Made by a program: the position numbers and the translations under genes. Shown piece after piece: positions 1-11,351 of a stretch of DNA of 64,000 nt; within the stretch, counting starts at the first letter, position 1; each line of letters starts with the position of its first letter. The notes beneath the pieces were generated by a model. The model searched no databases. It saw only the letters and a program-made list of their open reading frames with translations, and was not told where the DNA came from. The DNA comes from Octopus vulgaris (lineage: Eukaryota): contig OX597821.1 of NCBI GenBank assembly GCA_951406725.2, positions 85,932,001 through 85,996,000 on the forward strand, written 5' to 3'.

Positions 1-160
1 AGACTTAAGTGGTTGGCATTAGGAAGGGCATCCAGTCATAGAAACCAAGCCAAATCAGACAAGAACCTGGTGCAGCTCCCTGGCTTGCCAGCTTCAGTCA
101 AATCACCCAACCCATGCTAGCATGAAAAAGGGACATTAAAGCATGATGGCGATGATCATC
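1..160 (+). mobile_element. RTE-tail repeat (family B) fragment
   Basis: gtggttggcattaggaagggcatccag...aacccatgctagcatg followed by a degenerate GAT tail; same sequence as the 3' UTR of the RTE at 4783-6320. Confidence 0.75.
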
Positions 161-338
161 ATCATCATCTAATAAATACAAATAAAATTATTTCATAAAT
201 ACAACCACATGCACATGTACAAATTTATTAGCAATTAAAAATAGAAAGACAAGTAGACGCTAGATAGAATAGCGAAATAGGTGTATAGAGAGACGGGGAA
301 ATGGACTGATTACATAGACAAGTAAATTGAAGGTTTAC

Positions 339-437
339 CATTGATATAGTCTCTACTTCAGTTGGCAATGATTCAAGAGAAGGAGCTTTGTCAAGACTTT
401 TTTGTAAACTGGCTGACTTTTCTTTGAGAGTGGCAAT
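339..437 (-). CDS. EFCAB14: EFCAB14-like exon (99 bp, phase 0 to 0)
   Basis: Acceptor tttacatttatag and donor GTAAAC. Translates IATLKEKSASLQKSLDKAPSLESLPTEVETISM; SLPTEVE parallels recalled human SLPTTVE. Confidence 0.85.
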
Positions 438-740
438 CTATAAATGTAAAGGGATAATTTTCAATGGTGACACAAAGTGATGAATTGTTGTAACATGACT
501 GACAAAATAGAAGTGCAACTTTTGTAGACAAATAGTAGATGAAGTACTGAGATGACAAGCGATAACAGCACCAAACATCCAATGGTGGTAACACTGCCCC
601 TTAAAAAAGTAAAATTTATAGAACCATTCCATATTCTAAAATATTATTTTTAAACCGAGTAAGGATATAGATGCACACAGCATTTAAAAGAGAATCAAAA
701 AGGGACAAACTAGTAATTTATGGTTGATAACTTCACAAAT

Positions 741-1158
741 AGGCGCAGGAGTGGCTGTGTGGTAAGTAGCTTGCTTACCAACCACACAGTTCCGGGTTCA
801 GTCCCACTGCGTGGCACCTTGGGTAAGTGTCTTCTACTATAGCCTCGGGCCGACCAAAGCCTTGTGAGTGGATTTGGTAGACGGAAACTGAAAGAAGCCC
901 GTCGTATATATATATATATATGTATATGTATATATATGTGTGTGTGTGTTTGTGTGTGTGTCTGTGTTTGTCTCCCCAACATCGCTTGACAACCGATGCT
1001 GGCGTGTTTACGTCCCCGTTACTTAGCGGTTCGGCAAAAGAGACCGATAGGATGAGTACTAGGCTTACAAAGAATAAGTCTCGGGGTCGAGTTGCTCGAC
1101 TAAAAAGGCATTGCTCCATCATGGCCGCAGTCAAATGACTGAAACAAGTAAAAAGAGA
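741..1158 (+). mobile_element. tRNA-derived SINE, family A (CORE-like, possibly octopus OR-type), full length
   Basis: A box TGGCTGTGTGG, B box GGGTTCAGTCC, CORE-like ccttgggtaagtg, internal (TA)/(TG) tract and tail gactgaaacaagtaaaa; more than 10 copies in the window. Confidence 0.85.
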
Positions 1159-1799
1159 AAATAAAATATATATCCTATATTTCAGATTGGTATAAAAATA
1201 AAGGACGAAAGAGAATCTTTATATCATTTTTTTTTTTCTTCTTTTTCTTGCCTGATTTAGTCACTGCAGTTTAACTACATTAAAAATATGGTGATCTGCA
1301 ATATTTGTCTGAGGCAAATTTCTTTTCCACCTCAGACTTGATAGACTTGATCCTTTGCTCAGTTTAATAACATGTCTGACTCTTGAGTGCCTCTAGGGGC
1401 AACCTCTTTGTTGCTTGCATTCAGATCAAACCTCTGATCTAAAGATTATTTCATGTTTTGCTATGCTGCTTCTTACAGCTGCAACCTATGCGAGACATGG
1501 TTTCTTCATCACTGATCACAAAAAAAAGTTTGTGGGGGCAGCCCTTTCTTCGATGACTTAAAAAAAAAAAAAAGGTGGTGGTGGTCTGTGATTAAGAAAC
1601 TCACTTTGCAGCCATGTGGTTTCAGGTTCAGTCCCACAGCACTGCACCTTGGGGAAGTATCTTCTAGTATAGTTCCAGGTTGACTGATTGAGGTCTCGTG
1701 AGTAAATTTGATAGATAGAAACTGTGTGGAAGACTGGAAACGAACAACTTCCGTTGTATGACAACGATGCTCCTTTACAGCCATCATGTAATGCCTAGA

Positions 1800-2078
1800 C
1801 AAGGATACTTGTGCAGGTGCCACATGAAATGCACTAGTGATGGAGCCATGTAAAAGCACCCAAGCTGGAAGCATGTAAAAAGCACCCAGCACACTGTGTA
1901 AAGTGGTTGGCATTAGAAAGAGCATCCAGGTGTAGAAACAATGGTAAATCATGCAACTGGAGCCCCTGGACAGCTCTGCAGCTGGGCAAACAATTGGAGC
2001 CTGGGCAATTCTCCAGCTCCTGTCAAACCATCCAACCCATGACAGCATGGAAAAGGGAAGTTAAAAGATGATGATGAT
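1800..2078 (+). mobile_element. RTE-tail repeat (family B), diverged
   Basis: taaaagcacc units, ggttggcattagaaagagcatccag and a gatgatgat tail. Confidence 0.7.
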
Positions 2079-3558
2079 ATATGACAGATTTCTTTCAGTT
2101 TCCATCTTCCAAATTCACTCACAAGGCTTTTGTTGGCATGTGGCTATAGTAGAGGACACCTGCCTGATGTGCTGTGCAGTGGGATTGAACTGAAGACCTC
2201 ATGTTAACTACAAATGAATGTGTAGGGATGAAAGAACACGATTACTCAATGACAATTATTATTTTCATTTTTCAGGCCAGAAAGAGGAAAACTGCTGAAG
2301 GCCATCAGCTGGTCTGAACCTATTCTTCGATGGTAGAGTTAATGTGTCACCTGGTTTAATCAACTAGCCAGTGGAGACCCTTAGCAAAGTTTAAAAATAA
2401 TATTTTATGAGAAACAATTCTGGACATATTTTTGGTCTTATTCTGAGCTCATTAGCAAAGCATAGCCTTCACCCTAACTGTAGTGAAGTAGTGATCAAAG
2501 AACTATAAAGTCAATGTAGCAGATTGTACAGTTTTTGTTAGAGGGGAAATAAAATTATTTAGAAGTTAAATAATTCAAAAGGAAATATTCTACATCAAAG
2601 ACAACAGATAAACAATACAATCTATATTTATCATCTTGTATTGTCTGACTAGAGAACATGTCAGCCTAACTCTTCTAAGCAGACGTCTTGATACTTTACA
2701 AGTCAGGATCATACTTTTTAAGGGCTTTTATCTTAAAATTATTAATAAAATCATTCAGCGTTTATACTTAAATTATTAATATAATTATAGAATTAACTAA
2801 CCATACTGGGTTTATTTCCATAAACACAGGGCATCAGGTTGGTGAGTGATGTTGAGATTTTCATTGCCCTCCCAAAGGCATTTGTAATGGGAGACTAAAT
2901 GGCTTCCAGCCAGGAATTCAAAGCTAGATATACCTATTCATTTGACTACTTTATAGCATTTATTATAATAATAATAATAATATTAATAATAATAATAATA
3001 ATAATAATGATGATAATAATAATAATAACAACAATTTATTATAGAAATATAATACAAAAGTTATTTCCTTTGAAGTAGTTTTCTGACTTTTTGTTATCTC
3101 AATAAATATTTCCAACATAGAAACATTGCCAAATTTTCACAGGCAAAAGAATACGGTCAATGATACACCAAAATTTATTGATCCCAAACGTCAAAAGCGA
3201 AAGTGAACTCTGCTGGGATTTGAACACAGCACACACAGAGATACAACTAAATACTACCAAGTATTTGGTCTGGCAGCGTGAAGTGACTGTTAACTGACCA
3301 CACTACCGTTTCCTTACTCTAATTACACAGAGTGAGGAGTGGATTCACAGAAACAGCAGCATGGTGAAGACATGGTTTATTTAAATCTTTTGAAAATTCT
3401 AGGTTCAAATCCTGCTAGGGTGGAGTTTGTTTTACATCCCTCTAGTATCAATAAAGTAAGTACATGCCAAGAACTGGGAGGCAGGGAGATGTTAATGTAA
3501 CCAACTACGCTTTTTCCTAAAAATCTACAATACTGCACCAATGTTAGAAATCAATATT

Positions 3559-3778
3559 TAAGGTGGTAAGCTAGCAGAGTCTTTAGCATGCTAGGCAAAG
3601 GGCTTAGAGGCATTTCTTCCATTTTCATGTTCTCAGTTCAAATTCCAATGAGGTTGACTTTGCCTTTCATCCTTTTGGGGGGGTCAATGAAATAAGTACC
3701 AGTTGAACACTGGGGTTGATGTAATCAGCTTACTCCTCCCTTGAAATTGCTGGCCTTGTACCAAAATTTGAAACCAAT
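3559..3778 (+). mobile_element. tRNA-derived SINE, family C (Meta/MESC-like central domain, from memory)
   Basis: aaggtggtaagctagcaga head, gttcaaattcc B box and gcctttcatccttttggggg...aagtaccag central motif. Other copies near 23325-23515(-), 35962-36179(-), 39420-39635, 41359-41575, 55255-55465(-), 55492-55700 and 57361-57537. Confidence 0.75.
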
Positions 3779-3792
3779 ATTACAACCATAGC

Positions 3793-4280
3793 TATGGATG
3801 CATACGAGTGCAGCAACATCAAAGGTAAATTAACTGATAAGATAGCTTTCATGTGCGGCAGATGCACAGGGACAATAGACACCACAGATGTGCTGGTGGC
3901 ACATAAAAAGCACCAACCAAACGTGGACAATGCCAGCGCCGCCTTGACTGGCTTCTGTGCCGGTGGCACATAAAAAGCACCGTCCGAACGTGGCCAATGC
4001 CAGCGCCGCCTTGACTGGCTTCCATGCCAGTGGCACGTTAAAAGCACCAACAGATCGTGGCCGATGCCAGACTCCCCTGGTACCTGTGTCGGTGGCACAT
4101 AAAAAGCACCCACTACACTCGCAGAGTGGTTGGCATTAGAAAGGGCATCCAGCTGTAGAAACACTGCCAGATCAGACGGGAGCCTGGTGCAGCCCCTGGC
4201 TTCCCAGACCCTGTCGAACCGTCCAACCAGTGCTAGCATGGAAAATGGACGTTGAACGATGATGATGATGATGATGATGA
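3793..4280 (+). mobile_element. Internally deleted RTE LINE: ORF fragment joined to the 3' UTR
   Basis: 3793-3883 reads CSNIKGKLTDKIAFMCGRCTGTIDT, homologous to the 5390-6319 ORF, followed by four tandem UTR units and a (GAT)n tail. Confidence 0.75.
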
Positions 4281-4782
4281 CAGAGACTATGACAGCGCAC
4301 AGGTTAGTTCACCAGAAAGCAATGTTCATGAGTCTTCTTTTGTTTCCTAATAGGAATCATTCCATTTATATTGAGCATCACTTACTTTAATCTAGCCTCT
4401 CACAAAATAATCCTGCAGTGTTAAAACTATATGTTTTAGAGAGAGAGAGTCTCTACAGGACAACTAGATCCACTAGAAATAGCCACCAAATCTCCCTTGT
4501 ATCATACTTTAATGGACTCTTCCCTATTGTAGATAACAGATGAGGGTTCTGCATTTTACTGCTGAACAACCTGCATTGATGATTTATTTATAGTGAGGCA
4601 TAGGAGTGGCTGTGTGGTAAGTAGCTTGCTTACCAACCACATGGTTCCAGGTTCAGTTCCACTGCATAACACATTTGGTAAGTTTTTCCTACTGCATCCT
4701 CAGACCAACCAAAGCTTTGTGAGTGGATTTGGTAGACAGAAACTGAAAGAAGCCCATTGTGCGCGTGTGTGTGTGTGTGTAT

Positions 4783-6320
4783 ATCATCATCATCATCGTT
4801 TAGCGTCCGTTTTCCATGCTAGCATGGGTTGGATGGTTCTACTGGGGTCTGTGAAGCCAGAAGGCTTCATCAGGCCCAGTCAAAATCTGGCAGTGTTTCA
4901 ACGGCTGGATGCCCTTCCTAACGCCAACCACTCCGAGAGTGTAGTGGGTGCTTTTTACGTGCCACCCGCACAGGTGCCAGACAGAGCTGGCAAACGGCCA
5001 CGAATGGATGGTGCTTTTTATGTGCCACCGGCACGAGGGCCAGGCGAGGCTGGCAACGGACACGAAATGGGGCGGTGCTGGCAACGGTCGCGAAACGGAA
5101 GGTTCTCTTACATGCCACCGGCACTGGTAACACATCTGCAATTTCCATTGATCGATTTCCATTGATCGATTTCAATTCTGATCCTCACTTGCCTCAACGG
5201 GTCTTCACAAGTAGAGTTTCGACATGCCACCGGCACTGGTAACACATCTGCAATTTCCATTGATCGATTTCGATTCTGATCCTCACTTGCCTCAACAGGT
5301 CTTCACAAGTAGAGTTTTGTGTCCCAAGAAGGGAAGGTATGCATACGTAGGCCGGCTCCATCCCATGTAGAAGGCCACAGGTTATGGACTCACTTGTCCT
5401 GCCGGGTCTTCTCGCGCACAGCACACTTCCAAAGGACTCGGTCGCTAGTCATTTCCTCAGTGAGACCTAAAGTTCGAAGGTCGTGCTTCACCACCTCGTC
5501 CCAGGTTTTCCTGGGTCTGCCTCTTCCACAGGTTCCCTCAACCGCTAGGATGTGGCACTTTTTCACACAACTATCTTCATCCATTCTCGCCACATGACCA
5601 TACCAGCGCAAACGTCTCTCTTGCACACCACAACTGATGCTTCTTAGGTCCAACTTTTCTCTCAAGGTACTTACACTCTGCCGAGTATGAGTACTGACAT
5701 TACACATCCATCGGAGCATACTGGCTTCATTTCTTGCGAGCTTATGCATATCCTCAGCAGTCACGGCCCATGTTTCACTGCCATGTAGCATGGCTGTTCG
5801 TACACACGCATCATACAGTCTGCCTTTCACTCTGTGCGAGAGGCCTTTTGTCACCAGCAGAGGTAAGAGCTCTCTGAACTTTGCCCAAGCTATTCTTACT
5901 CTAGCAGTTACACTTTCAGCACACCCGCCCCCGCTGCTGACTTGGTCACCTAGGTAACGGAAACTATCAACTATTTCTAGTTTTTCTCCCTGGAAAGTGA
6001 CGGAAGTCGGTCTCAGAGCATTTTCAGTGTTTATTGTTCCTGAGCATCTGCCACATACAAAAACCATCTTCCTAGTTAGCCTTCCTTTGACATTGCTGCA
6101 CCTCTTATGTGTCCATAGCTTACACTTGGTGCATCTTATAGAGTTTCTACCTACACCTTTTCTACAGATCGAGCAGGGCCATCTACCTGAAGGCGTTTGT
6201 GATTTGTCTACCTTCCTACTGATTACGACTTTGGTTTTAGCTAGGTTGACTCTGAGGCCCTTCGATTCTAATCCTTGTTTCCACACCTGAAACTTCTCCT
6301 CCAGTTCTGATAGCGACTCA
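4783..6320 (-). mobile_element. 5'-truncated RTE-clade LINE with 3' UTR and (GAT)n tail
   Basis: ORF has late RT motifs (LRVNLAKTKV, EIVDSFRYLG) and an RTE-type C-terminus (RRLRWYGHVARM, GRGRPRKTW). The 3' UTR contains a roughly 100 bp tandem duplication (5111-5219 and 5223-5318). Confidence 0.92.
5390..6319 (-). CDS. RTE ORF C-terminal part (RT end, PHD-like finger, C-terminal domain); the first about 17 codons of the track ORF are SINE-derived
   Basis: Uninterrupted frame of about 310 codons; CxxC..CxxC..HxxC..CxxC sits between RT motifs. Confidence 0.85.
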   Translation of the reverse strand, partial: ESLSELEEKFQVWKQGLESKGLRVNLAKTKVVISRKVDKSQTPSGRWPCSICRKGVGRNSIRCTKCKLWTHKRCSNVKGRLTRKMVFVCGRCSGTINTENALRPTSVTFQGEKLEIVDSFRYLGDQVSSGGGCAESVTARVRIAWAKFRELLPLLVTKGLSHRVKGRLYDACVRTAMLHGSETWAVTAEDMHKLARNEASMLRWMCNVSTHTRQSVSTLREKLDLRSISCGVQERRLRWYGHVARMDEDSCVKKCHILAVEGTCGRGRPRKTWDEVVKHDLRTLGLTEEMTSDRVLWKCAVREKTRQDK

Positions 6321-7217
6321 TATACATATGTGTGTGTGTCTGTCTTTGTCCCCTCAACATCACTTGACAACCAATGCTGGTGTGTTTACATCCCTGTAAC
6401 TTAGCGGTTCAGCAAAAGAGACCGATAGAATAAGTACTAGGCTTACAAAAAATAAGTCCTGCGGTCGATTTGCTCGACTAAAGGCGGTGCTCCAGCATGG
6501 CCACAGTCAAATGACTGAAACAAGTAAAAGAGTAAATGTTTGTGCTGAACATTAGCTCACTTGCTCCATCAAATCAGCAAGTGCACAGTATGCCACATGT
6601 GCCACATGTCAGGTGGCAAAGTGATTGCAGAGCAATATGAGATAAAGTGTTTTGCTCTAGAACATAATGCACTGCTGGTCCAGGAATTGAGACGCAGCAC
6701 CAAATCCTGTTGCCTATGCAGTACTTACAAATACACGGGTAACAGTTTAGCATTCAGATTACTCAGTCAAATATAATGTTCATATAATCACACTGCTTTT
6801 TAAAATTAATCTTGCATTATCTCATAGTTTCAAGATTTCGATGATGTGATTGTTTATTTTCAGAATAACACTGTAGGGCAAGTGTGAGAGGTTGGATCTG
6901 GTCAGTTTGAACAAAACAGGAAGAATATTTGGGCCAGTTTAAATAATTTCGAAGGGGAACATTTTACAAGTAACCATCAATTATTGTTTCTACACTGTTG
7001 ACTAATGTTCATTAACATTTGTTAATTGGTTGTTTCCAGATTAATTAACACCAACATTACAGTTCTACCTTTGCAATACAACCACCAGTGCAAGTCAATA
7101 CTAGTTTCTTCACACACAATAGTAGAAAGAAAACAAAAGAAATGCCTGACTGACTGAGCAGTTGTCATGACTCACTGAGACAGATTAAGAAGATGATGAT
7201 AATGTAGACATACTTAC

Positions 7218-7363
7218 TTCCTTTGTAAGTAAGGTGACGTTATAAAGAATCGCCTGGAGGCCATTTTTGCCAGATTTGTAGTTATTGAGAGTTTTGTTCA
7301 ACTCTTGAATTTGTGTGTGAAGCCTTTGAAATTCTTCAGGTGTAAACTGGTTCTTTCTTTCAA
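7218..7363 (-). CDS. EFCAB14: EFCAB14-like exon encoding coiled coil (146 bp, phase 1 to 0)
   Basis: Acceptor tttatag and donor GTAAGT. Translates (V)ERKNQFTPEEFQRLHTQIQELNKTLNNYKSGKNGLQAILYNVTLLTKE; SGKNGL..I..NVT parallels recalled human SGEMGLNKVWINIT. Not in the ORF track. Confidence 0.88.
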
Positions 7364-7617
7364 CTATAAAATATTAAGAAGAAATAATGTTTAATACTAA
7401 TTTAACAAAAACAAAATAATAATAATAATAATAATACAATGTTTAGAAAAAAAAATGTAAAATGTGTATACGTATGCATACACACATGATGCACACACTG
7501 CTGATAAAGAAATTCAGATAAACAGTTATCTCATTTCCTGTGCAATGACCAATTTTAAAAAATATTGTGTCAGACAAAATTTTATCAAGGACAGCTATAA
7601 AGGTAAATGGGATTTTT

Positions 7618-7837
7618 ACATGCTTTAAAAAATAAACATGTAATGAGGGGGATTATGGGTTAACTGATGATTTTGGTAAGCTAACTGTTGAGTACAGATG
7701 GGGGAAGGAACAGTACCTATTGTATTATAGTAAAATGTGGTGCAGTAGGCTAATTGCTGCCTGCATTGGGGAAAGGACAGTATTCAATGGATTTCAGCAA
7801 AGAGTATAACTTGTGGAGAAAGACAATATTCACAAAA
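7618..7837. repeat. About 220 bp direct duplication, copy 1 (copy 2 at 11352-11574)
   Basis: Near identical: 4 substitutions and one 3 bp indel by eye. Confidence 0.9.
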
Positions 7838-7849
7838 ACGTAAATGGGA

Positions 7850-8205
7850 TGAAAACTGTATGTATACGTGTATGGGCCAACATCCCTAACTAAAAGGTTA
7901 CAGAAACATCAATGACAATTCAAAACCAACAGGACCTGGAAGAGAAACATCTTCCCTCAGGGAAACGTAATGTGGTGCAGTAAAATCCAAAAGGAAATTA
8001 AGACAACCAACATCCTGCATTACACATCAGAACCTGACCTGGAACTCACAAGAAAGATGGAAGAGAAGACACACTAAAAGAATAGCCAAAGGTGGGTTAC
8101 TGAGGAAGAGCTGAAAAAGCAGGGGTCCAACTGGAGAGAAGGAGAAAAGACAGCACAGAGCCAAGGACAGTAGCTCCATAGGAAGTAAAGGGGTCAAGCA
8201 AGTAC
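7850..8205 (+). mobile_element. Degenerate RTE-like LINE 3' end (different family)
   Basis: Reads LRQPTSCITHQNLTWNSQERWKR...EEELKKQGSNWREGEKTAQ, resembling the RTE C-terminal ITRQALTWNPQGKRKRGRP consensus. Confidence 0.6.
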
Positions 8206-8513
8206 TCCTCTTATAGATGGTTTGAATCCAAGACCTATCACATCCTCCCTTCTTTTAGCTATTTCTCTTGTACAAGACAGTTTTTAGAAGGTGTAGCTGA
8301 TTTTACTAACCCAAGTAGCATCATTGATACTTATTTTTTATATTCTTAAATCTATATTAATGATAAAAGTTATTACAGAGATGTACTCGCATAGCAAGTG
8401 ATTTGATCTGAGATCGTGTGCTGAAACGAAGACAATTGCAGCGTGGAAGGTGTTTGTAAGCCATTTAAGAAACACACAAAAGCCGTTCGATTCACTTCAA
8501 CATTTAAGTTTAA

Positions 8514-8560
8514 TTTGTCAAAATATTTTCGTTGCTTTAAGACCGCGACCTGTTCACTGA
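8514..8560 (-). ncRNA. Inverted copy of the G3-C8 hammerhead (helix I 5' strand truncated)
   Basis: Reverse complement reads TCA-GTGAACA-G-GTCGC(ggtcttaaa)GCAAC-GAAA-ATAT-TT-TGACAAA. Confidence 0.55.
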
Positions 8561-8575
8561 GATGCAGCACGGATT

Positions 8576-8625
8576 TTTGTCAGTGAACAGGTCACGGATT
8601 TTAGCGACGAAAATATTTTGACAAA
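8576..8625 (+). ncRNA. Minimal type I hammerhead motif, G3-C8 core variant
   Basis: TTTGTCA-GTGAACA-G-GTCAC(ggatttta)GCGAC-GAAA-ATAT-TT-TGACAAA: 7 bp helix I, helix II, palindromic helix III AATATT. Confidence 0.65.
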
Positions 8626-8727
8626 TTAAACTTAAATGTTGAAGTGAATCGAACAGCTTTTGTGTGTTTCTTAAATGGCTTACAAACACCTTCCACGCTG
8701 CAATGATAAAAGTGTCCAGCTGATAAT

Positions 8728-8914
8728 GTTATTGTAAAGGTCAAGTTAACCATATTTAAGAGCATCTATGATCAAAGGTATTCTAGCAATGACCATCCCA
8801 AATACCCTTTAGATTGGGTATCTAGGACTACACTATCCAGCATATCCTTCCTTTTTTTTTCAAGACAGGAGTGAATTGGCTGCTATTTCTAGCAAGTCAA
8901 GCAGCCATGTAGAG
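8728..8914 (+). repeat. Unclassified dispersed repeat, family D (representative copy)
   Basis: tgatcaaaggtattctagcaatgaccatccc...ggctgctatttctagca. Diverged copies near 13640, 15255, 16855, 40400, 40620, 43695 and 61810. Confidence 0.6.
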
Positions 8915-9355
8915 CAAGGGTTCTTAACAAGGTCCAAATGACCCTTGGGGGTCTATAAAAGATTTATCTGCAATAAATTGGTTATACTTCTTTTTCATAC
9001 AGTTCCCCAAAATATTTAATTATAAAAATACAATGAGATTTTTTAAAACCCTTTTGTTACCATATTTCTGTTGGGATGCTCAGTGTTTCTTTCAATTAAT
9101 TTTAAATATAACAAAGAAATTAGTAAAATAACTTAGTTATCATCAAGCTAGTGTTAGGAACATAAATTGTGACGAAGGTTTGGTGGAAGATTTTAATTCA
9201 AAACTTTTGAAAACAAGACATTTGTACCACAGAGCCAGAGGCGGTTTCAGCCAGGTTGGTATCAAAAGGGTTAAACATCAAATGGCTATGGGGGTCCACC
9301 TGACTAAAATAGGAAGCAAATGGGTCCAGAGGCAAAAAATGGTTGAGCGCTACTG
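8915..9355. mobile_element. hAT-type MITE
   Basis: Imperfect TIRs CAAGGGTTCTTAAC / GTTGAGCGCTACTG with a perfect 8 bp TSD ATGTAGAG (8907-8914 and 9356-9363). Confidence 0.8.
9049..9270 (-). mobile_element. piggyBac-type (TTAA) MITE nested in the hAT MITE
   Basis: CCCTTTTGTTACC / GGTATCAAAAGGG|TTAA; same family as 9528, 23737, 28964 and 30693. Confidence 0.85.
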
Positions 9356-9527
9356 ATGTAGAGGCTTAGCAGTCTACTCAATACATTCAGGCAGTTTTCT
9401 TTTCAACTCATCAACTTATGTTCATGTTAGTGCTTAACTCCTTTCAGTTCTATCAAGCAATTGTTCCAGTCATAACAGCCCTACATTTTTTTATATCAGG
9501 GACTACATTGTTCAATGTATCCTTTAA

Positions 9528-10010
9528 CCCTTTTGATACCAACCTGGCTGAAACCGACTCTAGCTCTGAGTACAAATGTCTTGTTTTCAAAAGTTTTGAA
9601 TTAAAATCTTCCACCAAACCTTAGCCACAATTTATGTTCCTAACACTAGCTGAATGATAAATAAGTTATTTTACTAAATTCATCATCATCATCGTTTAAC
9701 GTCTGTTCTCCATGCTAGCATGGGTTGGACGGTTCAACCAGGGATCTGGGAAGCCAGGAGGCTGCACCAGGCTCTGGTCTCATCTGGCAATGTTTCTACA
9801 GCTGGATGCCCTTCCTAACGCCAACCACTCCATGAGTGTAGTGGGTGCTTTTTACATGCCACCTGCACAGGTGCCAGGCGAGGCTGGCATCGGCCACGGT
9901 CGGATTGATGCATTTTACGTGCCACCTGCACGGAAGTCAGTTCTTTGTTATATTTAAAATTAATTGAAAGAAACACAGAGCATCTCAAAATATATATGGT
10001 AACAAAAGGG
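9528..10010 (+). mobile_element. piggyBac-type MITE interrupted by an RTE-tail repeat (9681-9940, minus)
   Basis: TTAA|CCCTTTTGATACC ... GGTAACAAAAGGG|TTAA; MITE sequence resumes after the insert. Confidence 0.85.
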
Positions 10011-11351
10011 TTAATGTGATGATTTAGCTGGAATTTCTAGCAGGCCTAGCAACTACATTGAAGGTTCCTCAACGGTGATGGTAGACATGTTTTACACATC
10101 AATAACTTATAGAATTTTAATCAAGTGAAGAAAGTATATGTGTGTAGTAGTGAGAGGAGCATGGAAATGACGAGAGATGCAGAGGAGTTGATGAGCAGAG
10201 ACAAGGTGTGTGTGTCTGTGTACGTCTTTAGACACTCGCATTCTAACAAGCCGATACACGAAGCTATTGAAAATCCTACCCAGAAATATAAGACTGGTCA
10301 TATGTTATCATCACTTAACATGTTTTTCATGCTAACATGAGATGCAAAGTTTGACAGGATCAGGTGAGCCACAGGGCAGCATTGAGCTCCAGTGTCAGCT
10401 TTGGGAGGCTTTCTTCATTAACTGATGATGATGATATGTGTGTGTGCGTGTGTGTGTTTGCAAGGAAAAAGATGACAGTGAAGTGACCTCAAAATTGCAC
10501 TTAGTCACCTTTGTCAGACTTTCTGACGAAAGTGACTAAGCCAAAAGAGTCACTGCCAACCATTTCCTTGTAATAATATTAAAAGACTTAAAAGGTATTG
10601 GTCAATCCTTCAATTAATATTTGACTATTATACACACATACCTACACTGTGTGTATACATACATACAAACATACATATATTATGTATGTCATCCATAAAA
10701 ATATATGTATATATAAAATATAATCCATCACATATAAATGAATAAAACTGATCATTTATACCAAAGCATACAATTTGAACCTTTAATCCAATGATACTAA
10801 CCTTCATGGACACATACACACATCATATAATTTCTGCTGACAGCTACTCTAATTACCTAAATCACAATTTTGTCATTATTGATTTGGCATCACTAAATGG
10901 TGTGAACTAATATGATAGAGTAGTAGGGAGGAAGAGGACTGGTAGGAGAGAGGTATTCAGAAGGAGAGAGAGAGAGAGAGGTGAGAGAAAAGGTGGAGGA
11001 GACATGTGTGATGGTGTTGGTGGTGGTGGAGAGGCAGAATGGAAAAGATGATGAGAGGCTAGGAAAAGTCGTTGAGCAAAGAGGTGAGAGAGAGAGAGAG
11101 ACAGTGAACAGAAAAGTAAAAGTAGTGTATGTAGGAGTGTGCATGTTTTATGCATGTGAGTATGCAAGAAATGTGTGTAAGAAGAATTAAAGGAGTCATG
11201 GGCCAACTGCCACCTGCAGGATTTTCTAAAGGAATGCCTAATAAAAAAATTTACCTTGGACTTTTTTTTTATTAGCACTGCTCTGATGATGAGCCGTGTT
11301 GCATATGGCCCTCTTCCTGAAAAAGGCTGGCCATGTCTGGTTTAAAATATG

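Larger units (their letters stand above)
4596..6535 (+). mobile_element. Family A SINE split by the RTE insertion (halves 4596-4782 and 6321-6535)
   Basis: The 5' half ends in the TG tract and the 3' half resumes in the TG tract after the LINE. Confidence 0.85.
8375..8704. mobile_element. Fold-back element (arms 8435-8560 and 8580-8704), probably Penelope-derived, with a hammerhead in each arm
   Basis: About 125 bp near-perfect inverted arms with a 19 bp spacer. Confidence 0.8.

Noticed and set aside
741-815. tRNA gene
   Set aside because: A and B boxes are present but continue into a SINE body in every copy; no proper cloverleaf.
710-1138. Recurrent short ORFs such as SFRLPNPLTR and LDALPNANH throughout the window
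   Set aside because: They are readings of family A SINEs and RTE 3' UTR copies, not genes.
2276-2317. Plus-strand acceptor followed by ARKRKTAEGHQLV
   Set aside because: Stops after 13 codons with no partner exons; consistent with chance.
11283-11340. CTGATGA...GAAA hammerhead candidate
   Set aside because: Helix II does not abut GAAA and there is no helix I or III; it looks like a hAT MITE end.
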